Of a DNA stretch of 32,000 nucleotides, positions 21,256 through 28,772 are shown in pieces. Made by a program: the position numbers and the translations under genes. Origin of the DNA: Gilliamella sp. App6-5 (GTDB taxonomy: Bacteria > Pseudomonadota > Gammaproteobacteria > Enterobacterales > Orbaceae); the NCBI RefSeq assembly GCF_001690525.1, contig NZ_LZGT01000104.1, positions 4,727-36,726 of the forward strand, written 5' to 3'. Position 1 is the first letter of the stretch. The number at the start of each line of letters is the position of its first letter. The notes under the pieces were generated by a model, which saw nothing but the letters and a program-made list of their open reading frames with translations, had not been told where the DNA came from and made no database searches.

Positions 21256-22041
21256 ATGTTTTTAATTGACTCTCACTGCCATTTAGATAGTTTAGACCTT
21301 AGTACTAAATCTATCAAAGATGTTTTACAAGAAGCTTCCAACAACGACGTTAAACATTGCCTAAGCGTGGCAACAACACTGTCAGGCTATGAAACCATGA
21401 AACATAAGCTTACACCTTATCAAAACCAATGCTCTTTTTCGTGTGGAATTCACCCACTTAACCTTGATGACGAAATATACGATGCCGAGCGCTTTCAAAA
21501 CTTAGCCCAAGAAGATAACGTCATAGCACTAGGTGAAACAGGTCTTGACTATTATTACCAACAAGAGAATTTGGAGCAACAACAAGAGAATTTTAAAGAA
21601 CATATTCGATTAGGCCGAAAATTAAGCAAACCCGTCATTGTCCATACACGTAATGCCAAAGAAGATACCCTGAAAATATTAAAAGATGAACATGTTCATT
21701 CGGGCGTGTTGCACTGTTTTACAGAAGATATCGAAACAGCAAAACAACTATTAGATATCGGTTTTTATATCTCATTTTCAGGAATAATCACCTTTAAAAA
21801 TGCCGAAGCTCTACGCGAAGTTGCCAAATACGTGCCACTTGATCGTATCTTGGTCGAAACCGACTCACCTTATCTTGCTCCCGTTCCATACCGAGGCAAA
21901 GAAAATCAACCCGCTTATGTTCGTGAAGTGGCACAATATTTATCTGCTTTAAAAGGTGTCTCTTTAGAAGAGATAGCACAAAAGACCACATCTAATTTTT
22001 GTCAATTATTCAATCTTCAAGGAAAATTAAATGAATTATAA
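21256..22041 (+). CDS. ycfH: TatD-family metal-dependent hydrolase YcfH
   Basis: MFLIDSHCHLD..., GETGLDYYY and LVETDSPYLAPVP.RGKENQPA. The ATG at 21256 has AAGAGA upstream. The track start at 21214 is a GTG inside lapB and is rejected. Confidence 0.9.
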   Translation: MFLIDSHCHLDSLDLSTKSIKDVLQEASNNDVKHCLSVATTLSGYETMKHKLTPYQNQCSFSCGIHPLNLDDEIYDAERFQNLAQEDNVIALGETGLDYYYQQENLEQQQENFKEHIRLGRKLSKPVIVHTRNAKEDTLKILKDEHVHSGVLHCFTEDIETAKQLLDIGFYISFSGIITFKNAEALREVAKYVPLDRILVETDSPYLAPVPYRGKENQPAYVREVAQYLSALKGVSLEEIAQKTTSNFCQLFNLQGKLNEL

Positions 22042-23143
22042 GTTAGCCATTGATTGGGATGATTTTTTAACAAATTATTGGCAAAAAAAACCTGTAATCC
22101 TACGCAAAGCATTTGCACATTTTATTGATCCCATTACACCGGATGAACTCGCAGGTTTAGCGATGGAAGAAGAAATCGATAGCCGGATTGTTTCTAATAA
22201 AGATGGTATTTGGGATGCTAGATTTGGACCATTTACTCAATATGATAACTTAGGCGAAGATCATTGGAGTTTACTAGTACAAGCTGTTGATCACTGGCAC
22301 GAGCAAGCTGCCACACTACTTGAGCCTTTTAAATGCATGCCACAATGGCAATTTGATGATCTCATGATTTCTTACGCAACTCAAGGTGCAGGCGTTGGGC
22401 CCCATATCGATAATTATGATGTGTTTATCATTCAAGGCATGGGCAGCAGACGTTGGCAAGTTGGCGATCGCAACCAACATTATAAACAATTTAATGCACA
22501 CAAAGCATTATTGCATGTTGAAGAATATCAACCCATCATTGATGAAGAAATCACTGCTGGCGACATCTTATACATTCCACTAGGTTGTCCGCATAATGGC
22601 ACATCCATTGGTGAATCACTCAGTTATTCTGTTGGTTTTATGACACGAACCTCCCAAGAGCTATTAAGTAGCTTTGCAGATTATGTCATTGATAATCTGC
22701 CAAATGGTATTTATTATCAAGATCCAAATTTAAAACGCCCTAAAGATCCATACCAAGTTCAGCCTTATGAACTAACAAAACTACAAGATCAAATCATCGA
22801 TTTAATCAAAAAACCTGAGTTATTTAACGATTGGTTCGGTAAATACATTACACTACCAATGCACGATTTAAATATTCTGCCAGTTGAACCTCCATACAAT
22901 TATAACGAATTCGAATCGCTATTAAAAAATGGAGCAGAACTAAATCGAGTACAAAGTATTCGAATCCTTAAGGTGGGCGATTGCGGCTACATCCATGGCG
23001 AACAAATTAATCTACCAATGCCCGTCATTGATCTTCTTTGTAAAACTGAAACACTCTATTACGAGCAGTTACAAGATAAAGACACACTTCAAGTCATGCT
23101 TGATCTTGTTAACAAAGGCTATTGGTACTTTGCCGAAGAATAA
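22031..23143 (+). CDS. roxA: Ribosomal protein uL16 arginine hydroxylase (JmjC/cupin), RoxA/YcfD
   Basis: The 370-aa product is colinear with E. coli YcfD as recalled (W.DFL...WQK.PV.L, PDELAGLAME.E.DSR.VS, GPH.D.YDVFIIQG.G.RRW.VG, GYW.F). It overlaps ycfH by 11 nt. Confidence 0.9.
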   Translation: MNYKLAIDWDDFLTNYWQKKPVILRKAFAHFIDPITPDELAGLAMEEEIDSRIVSNKDGIWDARFGPFTQYDNLGEDHWSLLVQAVDHWHEQAATLLEPFKCMPQWQFDDLMISYATQGAGVGPHIDNYDVFIIQGMGSRRWQVGDRNQHYKQFNAHKALLHVEEYQPIIDEEITAGDILYIPLGCPHNGTSIGESLSYSVGFMTRTSQELLSSFADYVIDNLPNGIYYQDPNLKRPKDPYQVQPYELTKLQDQIIDLIKKPELFNDWFGKYITLPMHDLNILPVEPPYNYNEFESLLKNGAELNRVQSIRILKVGDCGYIHGEQINLPMPVIDLLCKTETLYYEQLQDKDTLQVMLDLVNKGYWYFAEE

Positions 23144-23152
23144 CATCACATC

Positions 23153-23176
23153 TCTGCCGATAATAAAATCGGCAGA
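23153..23176 (+). terminator. Hairpin after roxA (weak terminator candidate)
   Basis: The hairpin is TCTGCCGAtaataaaaTCGGCAGA, with no U-tract following. Confidence 0.3.
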
Positions 23177-23328
23177 TAAAACGACTATTTAGTGCTTTAA
23201 GCTTGGCTTTTTTTACTTTTTAAGGATATACTTGCCCCGCTTTAATTTACCCGCCGTTTAATCACAAATTAAACATCATAAAATGGAAATTTTAAGTAAC
23301 TATCTAATTTTAAAAACTAGAGGTATAC

Positions 23329-24564
23329 ATGAAAACCGAAGCAAACGCAGCCCTGCAAGCAGAAAGCAAATGCACAACCCCATATCAAAAAAGAACTCTA
23401 TTTGCATCCACCGTTGGTTACGCACTAGATGGCATGGATATGATGATTTTAGGTGTTTGTTTTAGTCTAATTTCGGTCAGCTTCAACTTAACAAAAACAG
23501 ATTTAGGCACTTTAACCTCAGTAACCTTACTTGGCGCCGTATTAGGTGGTATTTTATTTGGTATCCTTGCCGATAAATATGGTCGAGTAAGAGTCTTTTC
23601 ATGGACTATTTTAATATTTTCTCTTTTTACTGGATTATGTGCAATTTCACCTAATTACGAGTGCTTTTTAATATTTCGCTTTTTAAGTGGACTTGGACTT
23701 GGTGGTGAATTTGGAATTGGAATGACTTTAGTTTCTGAAAGTTGGCCTAAAAATAAACGCTCAAGAGCAACATCTATTGTTGCATTAGGTTTTCAAGTCG
23801 GCATCATTTTAGCAGCATTAACCGTCAACTTTATTGGTGAAATTTATGGTTGGCGCTGGGCTTTTGCGATGGGAGTGCTGCCTGCGCTATTTGTTGCATG
23901 GACACGTAAAGGTCTAAAAGAACCAGAAATCTGGCAAAAACTAAAAGACCAAAACAAAAACAAAATAGCCGTTGGCAAATTATTTAAAAACCCAAGAACC
24001 ATAGCAACCACAATAGGATTAACTATCGCTTGTGCTGTACAAAACTTCGGTTTTTATGGACTCATGGTTTGGATGCCAAATATGATTGCAACTGAACTCA
24101 AATTGCCATTTAAAAATACCATGTTTTGGACTATTTCAACCACTATAGGTATGTCATTAGGAATTCTAATTTTTGGTTGGTTATGTGATAAGTTTGGTCG
24201 TCGCCCTTCTTATATCTTCTTTTTATTCATCTCGGCCGTTTCAATTTGGTTCTATTTTCATCAAACCGATATGTTTATATTAATTATCTTTGGCTCAGTA
24301 ATTGGCTTTTTTGTGAATGGCATGATGGGTGGATATGGCGCGCTTCTTGCTGAACATTACCCAACAGATGCCCGTTCAAGTGCTGAAAATATTATTTTCA
24401 ATGTCGGTCGAGGCATTGCCGGTGTATCACAAGTACTAATTGCTTATTTAGCCACCGTTTACTCAATTAGCTACGCATTAGCTTTACTGTCTGCCGCTTA
24501 TTTATTATCGGCCGCTGCATTTGTCTTTTTAATACCTGAAACAAAAGGCAAAGAACTTGAATAA
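23329..24564 (+). CDS. MFS transporter (sugar-porter / aromatic-acid symporter-like, substrate unknown)
   Basis: The 411-aa product has about 12 predicted TM segments. The MFS signature GILADKYGRVRV lies between TM2 and TM3, and a second-half DKFGRRP is also present. AGAGG lies upstream of the ATG. Confidence 0.85.
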   Translation: MKTEANAALQAESKCTTPYQKRTLFASTVGYALDGMDMMILGVCFSLISVSFNLTKTDLGTLTSVTLLGAVLGGILFGILADKYGRVRVFSWTILIFSLFTGLCAISPNYECFLIFRFLSGLGLGGEFGIGMTLVSESWPKNKRSRATSIVALGFQVGIILAALTVNFIGEIYGWRWAFAMGVLPALFVAWTRKGLKEPEIWQKLKDQNKNKIAVGKLFKNPRTIATTIGLTIACAVQNFGFYGLMVWMPNMIATELKLPFKNTMFWTISTTIGMSLGILIFGWLCDKFGRRPSYIFFLFISAVSIWFYFHQTDMFILIIFGSVIGFFVNGMMGGYGALLAEHYPTDARSSAENIIFNVGRGIAGVSQVLIAYLATVYSISYALALLSAAYLLSAAAFVFLIPETKGKELE

Positions 24565-24573
24565 AATTACGAA

Positions 24574-24601
24574 AAAAACAGGGCAATTGCCCTGTTTTTT
24601 A
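24574..24601. terminator. Bidirectional terminator between the MFS gene and paralogue 1
   Basis: The hairpin is aaaaaaaCAGGGCAatTGCCCTGttttttt, a perfect GC-rich palindrome with A- and T-runs on either side. Confidence 0.85.
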
Positions 24602-24641
24602 TCTCATATAAATTACATCAAAAAACTAAATAAAACTATCT

Positions 24642-25085
24642 TTAGTTAGCAGTACAAGAAGCTGGCGTCAATTGAACACTAAACAATTTTTCATCATTGA
24701 TGTAATAATTATGACTAACACCATTTGGAAATGCATCCCTAAGTTGTTTAACTTGTGCGCTATTATTACAATAAGCTGTTTTTAGACTTTCTGTCGTCAT
24801 TTTTTGAGTTTCAGGGATTGATATCTCATCTTTTGAACTATCAATTACATATTTATAATTAATTAAATCATTCTCTTTAGTGATATCAATCAAATTGGTT
24901 TTTTCATCAACTTTAACCGGAAGCATTTTTTTGGCTTCATTAATAATAGTTTCTTGCAAACGACTAAGTTCAGTGTTTTTTGAAGAATCACTACTTGTTT
25001 GATTAGCATTAGATTTTGAATTATCACAGCTACAAAGAACCAAGCTTATCAAAATTGCTGGCACTGTTTTTAAACTTTTCATCAT
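24642..25085 (-). CDS. Paralogue 1 of an uncharacterised small envelope lipoprotein family
   Basis: The 147-aa product has a signal peptide and the lipobox-like LVLCSC followed by DNS (Asp at +2). The C-terminal domain is shared with 25282..25809 and 26038..26697 (LP..VD..T.L.D, I.YKYV, YC, FP.G..H.YY..D.K.FSV...P..C). It has its own SD (AAGGA). Confidence 0.7.
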   Translation of the reverse strand: MMKSLKTVPAILISLVLCSCDNSKSNANQTSSDSSKNTELSRLQETIINEAKKMLPVKVDEKTNLIDITKENDLINYKYVIDSSKDEISIPETQKMTTESLKTAYCNNSAQVKQLRDAFPNGVSHNYYINDEKLFSVQLTPASCTAN

Positions 25086-25213
25086 TATTCCTTTAAGTGA
25101 ATTTTATAAATTACATGTTTACCGCTTATTTAAAGGCGGACGATAAAATTGTAAAATATCAGTGAGAAAAGTACATAAAAACTTTGCAATTTAGAATAAA
25201 AAATAAATAACAA

Positions 25214-25238
25214 ATAAAAAAGGCTTTAATAAGCCTCA
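25214..25238 (-). terminator. Terminator of paralogue 2
   Basis: On the minus strand the hairpin is gAGGCTTattaAAGCCTtttttatttg. Confidence 0.6.
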
Positions 25239-25281
25239 TTTAATACCGATGATTTCTACTATTTTTTAAATTGAGTAATAG

Positions 25282-25809
25282 TTATTTAGAATCACAATCA
25301 CTCGGTTTCAAATCAAACGACATAATTTTTTCATTGGCAAGATAATAATTATAACTTACTCCATTTGGGAATAAGAGTTTCAACGCCTTAACATTTGGGT
25401 CATTACCACAATATAAAGTAACTATCCTGTTTAATACAGATTGCTGATTTTTCTTTAGCAATATCACTTCTTTAGGCAGACCTTTCATAACATATTTATA
25501 GATAAGTTTATTATTATTTCTTGATATATCATCGAACATCGTAAATTTATCAACCACAATGGGTAACTTTTCTTTTATGCCTGCAACAACCGAATCTTGA
25601 GCAAAACTATAATCATTATCTTTTTGATTATTAAATTGCTTGATTTTTTCAGGTGTTGATTGAGCCATAATTTTTTTTCCTCTTTCTACAATATCCATAT
25701 TTTCTTGAATATCGGTTTGCTTAGTATCTATAACTTTTGCTTCTGAATTATCAAAACCAAATAATATTATTGCCATAAACATTACAACTGTTGCTTTAAT
25801 ACCTTTCAT
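25282..25809 (-). CDS. Paralogue 2 of the same family; signal peptide without a lipobox Cys
   Basis: The 175-aa product shares the C-terminal domain (LIYKYV, LYCGNDPNVKALKLLFPNGVSYNYYLANEKIMSFDLKPSDC). Where the paralogues have C-DNS, this copy has F-DNS (ILFGFDNSEA). It has its own SD (TAGGAATA). Confidence 0.7.
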   Translation of the reverse strand: MKGIKATVVMFMAIILFGFDNSEAKVIDTKQTDIQENMDIVERGKKIMAQSTPEKIKQFNNQKDNDYSFAQDSVVAGIKEKLPIVVDKFTMFDDISRNNNKLIYKYVMKGLPKEVILLKKNQQSVLNRIVTLYCGNDPNVKALKLLFPNGVSYNYYLANEKIMSFDLKPSDCDSK

Positions 25810-25961
25810 ATTTATTCCTATCCAAGCTAATTCATGACCACCCGCTATCTTATAAAATACTCATAAAGTTGTAAAAGATAAACTAAAAAATACACAATAA
25901 TAATAAAAAATTTTAATTATCCGTTAAAAATTAGCAAATGAACAATCTTAAAAAGAATGGC

Positions 25962-25993
25962 AAAAATAAAAGGGCTTCAAGTAGCCCTTTTAT
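25962..25993 (-). terminator. Terminator of paralogue 3
   Basis: On the minus strand the hairpin is aaaaGGGCTacttgaAGCCCttttatttttg. Confidence 0.65.
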
Positions 25994-26037
25994 TATGAAT
26001 AAATTCTAACTATTTGTTAAAGTTAATCCAAATATAT

Positions 26038-26697
26038 CTAGTCATCATCACAATCATTCGGTTTTACATCCACTGAAAAAACTTTATCATCATTGATATA
26101 GTAATCATGATTAGCTCCTCGTGGAAATACTAATCTTAGTGTCTTCATACTAGAATCATCACCACAGTAAAAATCTAGCAATTTATTACGTAACTCTTTT
26201 TGAGTGCTTTCAGCCTGTAATGCATCTTTAGTGCTATTATTCACCACATATTTATAATTAATAGTTTTGTTATCTGTCGATACATCAACTAAAGTTGTGT
26301 TCTGATCAATTGCCGCTGGTAATTTTGTTTTAATTGCTTTAATCATCAAATTCTCAGCAACGCTATAATTACCTTCTTGCACCTTATTAAGCATATCTTC
26401 TTTTTCAGATTTTGTTTGTTCATACAAATCTTTCGCTTTATCACTAATGGCTGCACTTGTTTGTTTAGCTTTATCGCTAATCTCTGCGCCTATTTCCTTA
26501 GCTTTGTCACTAACATCAGCACTCATTTGCTTAACTTTATCGCCCAATTCTGAACCCATTTGCTGGACTTTGTCGCCCATGTCTGAGCTTGTTTGCTCGG
26601 CTTTTTGTTTTGTATCATCAACAGTTGATTTTGAATTATCACAATTAACTAAAAAAATTGCTAACACTGCTAAAGTGATCACTTTAAAAAGTTTCAT
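26038..26697 (-). CDS. Paralogue 3 of the same family; lipoprotein with an 11-residue repeat linker
   Basis: The 219-aa product has the lipobox FLVNC followed by DNS (Asp at +2). It then has five 11-aa repeats (e.g. DKAKEIGAEIS) followed by the shared C-terminal domain (INYKYV, FYCGDD, FPRGANHDYYINDDKVFSVDVKPNDC). Confidence 0.75.
   Translation of the reverse strand: MKLFKVITLAVLAIFLVNCDNSKSTVDDTKQKAEQTSSDMGDKVQQMGSELGDKVKQMSADVSDKAKEIGAEISDKAKQTSAAISDKAKDLYEQTKSEKEDMLNKVQEGNYSVAENLMIKAIKTKLPAAIDQNTTLVDVSTDNKTINYKYVVNNSTKDALQAESTQKELRNKLLDFYCGDDSSMKTLRLVFPRGANHDYYINDDKVFSVDVKPNDCDDD
26438..26602. repeat. Five tandem imperfect 33-bp repeats inside paralogue 3
   Basis: The units start at 26438, 26471, 26504, 26537 and 26570. 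An example unit is ttatcgctaatctctgcgcctatttccttagct. They are in frame and encode the 11-mers (S/G)DK(V/A)(K/Q).... Confidence 0.9.
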
Positions 26698-26731
26698 TTT
26701 ATTGCCCTTTCTGTTTTCTATTTTATATTGT

Positions 26732-26759
26732 GACGATGATAAATCAATTTATCATCGTC
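26732..26759. promoter_or_regulatory. 28-bp palindrome overlapping the putative promoter of paralogue 3
   Basis: GACGATGATAAAT-ca-ATTTATCATCGTC has 13-bp perfect arms. On the minus strand it spans TTGATT (-35), 16 nt upstream of TAAAAT (-10), and lies 35-62 nt upstream of the ATG. Confidence 0.4.
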
Positions 26760-26792
26760 CGTTGATTTTAAAAATTAATAACTTATAACATT

Positions 26793-26828
26793 AACAGTAA
26801 AAAGATTTAAATCAATCTTTTTACTGTT
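26793..26828 (-). terminator. Long AT-rich hairpin just downstream of the yghA-like gene
   Basis: AACAGTAAAAAGATT-taaatc-AATCTTTTTACTGTT has a 15-bp perfect stem and starts 12 nt past the stop. The T-run lies within the stem rather than after it. Confidence 0.5.
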
Positions 26829-26839
26829 ACAAACAACAA

Positions 26840-27727
26840 TTAGTTAATATGCATACCGCCGGTAACGCCATAAGTTTCGCCCGTAGTATAGCTTGATTCT
26901 TCTGATGCTAAATGCACATAAACACCAGCAAGTTCAACCGGTTGACCTGCGCGTTGTAATGGTGTTTGTTGGCCAAACTCAGGAATAACATCACTTGGTT
27001 GACCACCACAAATTTGTAATGGCGTCCAAACAGGCCCAGGTGCGACACTATTTACACGAATGCCTTTTGGCGCTAATTGCTTAGCTAAGCCACGAGTAAA
27101 CGCGATAATAGCTGTTTTAGTTGCAGCATAATCTAATAAATTACCACTAGGTTGATAAGCCTGAACAGACGAAGTTGTAATGATGGTTGAACCCGGTTTT
27201 AAATACCCCAAAGCCGCTTTGGTGATCCAAAAAAGCGAAAATACATTAATTTCAAAGGTTTTCTTAATTTGCTCGGTGGTAAGTTCCATAATATCTTCAA
27301 CTGCAGTTTGCTTACCTGCAACTAGTGTCAAATTATCTAATCCACCTAATTTATGGTATGCTTCATCAACTAATTTTTTACAAAAAGCCTCGTCACTTAA
27401 ATCACCAGGAATTAATACGGCTTTGCGTCCAGCAGCTTGAATAACTTTAGCGACTTCTTCCGCATCTTTTTGTTCAACAGAAAGGTAATTTATTGCCACA
27501 TCGGCCCCCTCTTTAGCATAAGCTATTGCCGCGGCTCGGCCGATACCTGAATCGCCACCAGTCACAAGCACTTTGCGCCCTTCTAAACGATTATGACCTT
27601 GATAGCTTTTTTCCCCACAATCAGGAAGCGGATTCATTTCGCACTGTAAAGCTGGCGCCTCCTGTTTTTGTTTTGGAAACTTGTCATGATGATATTTGGT
27701 AAGTGGATTATAGATTTGTTTGTTCAT
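26840..27727 (-). CDS. yghA: SDR-family NAD(P)-dependent oxidoreductase, YghA-like
   Basis: The 295-aa product is colinear with E. coli YghA as recalled ([62 protein letters not shown]). Confidence 0.9.
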   Translation of the reverse strand: MNKQIYNPLTKYHHDKFPKQKQEAPALQCEMNPLPDCGEKSYQGHNRLEGRKVLVTGGDSGIGRAAAIAYAKEGADVAINYLSVEQKDAEEVAKVIQAAGRKAVLIPGDLSDEAFCKKLVDEAYHKLGGLDNLTLVAGKQTAVEDIMELTTEQIKKTFEINVFSLFWITKAALGYLKPGSTIITTSSVQAYQPSGNLLDYAATKTAIIAFTRGLAKQLAPKGIRVNSVAPGPVWTPLQICGGQPSDVIPEFGQQTPLQRAGQPVELAGVYVHLASEESSYTTGETYGVTGGMHIN

Positions 27728-28353
27728 AATTTTCTCCTAAGTTAAACATGTATTTGAAAACAAATTCAATATAACTTAAATGAAATCAATTAATAATCAC
27801 AAAATCCTATTGCTAAGCATATTTTAATCTTTAAAATACCCAATTAATTCAATAAATTATATTTACTGACAACATAAATTAGAATATTCTTTCTTAAAAC
27901 TTAATCGTATTGTTCAATATCATCCCCAAAATTTAAAAATAAACAACTGAGGCTAATAATTAATAAAGGTGGCTTTCCATGATAGGCTTGGCGAGGTCAG
28001 TGAAATTAGTAATGCCTAAGCCATGAGTATTGCATAATCTTGCACCTGATTTAGTGTATCAAATTAAATTTAACTAAGCTAGCGATAACAAATTAAATTA
28101 TTTTAATTAATATATTGATTTTATATAAAATATTTAAGTTTGCTTATTATTAATATCGTAGCGATAGTTAACACCATTAAAAAATCGTTCTTAAGCATGT
28201 CTATTTCATCACTACCTTTACTATGCCTCTTTATTAAAGCAGCCATCTCTTTCGGCTTTTCTATTCATTTTAGGTCAGGATGTTTTTGTGAGTGAGTTAT
28301 TGATACGATATTTATCACACGTTTTAACTAATTAAGAGACTGCGAATACTCAA

Positions 28354-28638
28354 TTAATCATGAAACGGTATAGAATCCTGAATATTTTTTACAAAAAATT
28401 TTTTAACTTTAACCTGACGTTTAATACCACATCTCATGGTTTTATAAGGTTCGTTGTTACTGGTCAAGGGGAAAGGCAAATAGCTTCAATCAGGCTTTTT
28501 TAGCACGTTATACATAGTCAGATAACTGACCATAAAGCATTTAGCCAAATCGGTAACAGCTATTTTTCCTTTATGATATAAGCGTCATATTTCTTGTCTG
28601 TAATACGGTATTAGTTTGTTTTTTTTATGTGTATTCAT
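28354..28638 (-). pseudogene. Relic of a helix-turn-helix protein gene (N-terminal HTH of transposase/recombinase type), interrupted by two in-frame TGA codons
   Basis: A single frame runs from the ATG at 28638 to the TAA at 28354: MNTHKKNKLIPYYRQEI*RLYHKGKIAVTDLAKCFMVSYLTMYNVLKKPD*SYLPFPLTSNNEPYKTMRCGIKRQVKVKKFFVKNIQDSIPFHD. The stops are at 28585..28587 and 28486..28488. The HTH-like core resembles IS30/IS630-type transposase N-termini as I recall them. No catalytic domain follows. Confidence 0.45.
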
Positions 28639-28730
28639 TACCGCCATTTCTCAAATTACTGTAAACAACACGAGAAATCCCTACAACTAACATTATAAAA
28701 AATACCAAAATAAATCCTTAATCCCCTAAT

Positions 28731-28772
28731 ATTTTTATACTAAAACACTAGTTTTCCTGAAACTTTTTTACA
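28731..28772. repeat. Copy B of the 42-bp repeat (see 1461..1502)
   Basis: It is 37/42 identical to copy A and in the same orientation. It lies 93-134 nt upstream of the HTH pseudogene ATG (minus strand) and 115-156 nt upstream of the ilv leader ATG (plus strand). Confidence 0.7.

Noticed and set aside
23283-23465. 60-aa plus-strand ORF overlapping the MFS gene start.
   Set aside because: It is out of frame with the 411-aa MFS CDS, which has a proper SD (AGAGG) and a full 12-TM architecture. The small ORF has no support.
26438-26602. Regularly spaced 33-bp repeats, considered as a possible CRISPR-like or regulatory array.
   Set aside because: The units are contiguous with no spacers, lie in frame inside a well-supported CDS, and encode a coherent 11-residue repeat. 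No cas genes are nearby.
26732-26759. Calling the paralogue 3 palindrome a bona fide Fur box.
   Set aside because: My best hand alignment to the 19-bp Fur consensus is only about 12/19, and each half-site has an extra base relative to the 7-1-7 model. It is kept as an unassigned operator candidate instead.
26447-26788. 113-aa ORF on the plus strand (MAALVCLALSLISAPISLALSL...).
   Set aside because: It is antisense to paralogue 3 and exists only because the 33-bp repeats keep the opposite frame open. It is low-complexity, has no SD, and runs through the paralogue 3 promoter region.
27969-28050. A stretch starting GGTGGCT... and ending ...TTGCACC, considered as a tRNA or tRNA fragment (a possible integration target).
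   Set aside because: The ends do not form a 7-bp acceptor stem. I can find no D- or T-arm (GTTC.A..C) pattern and no cloverleaf by eye.
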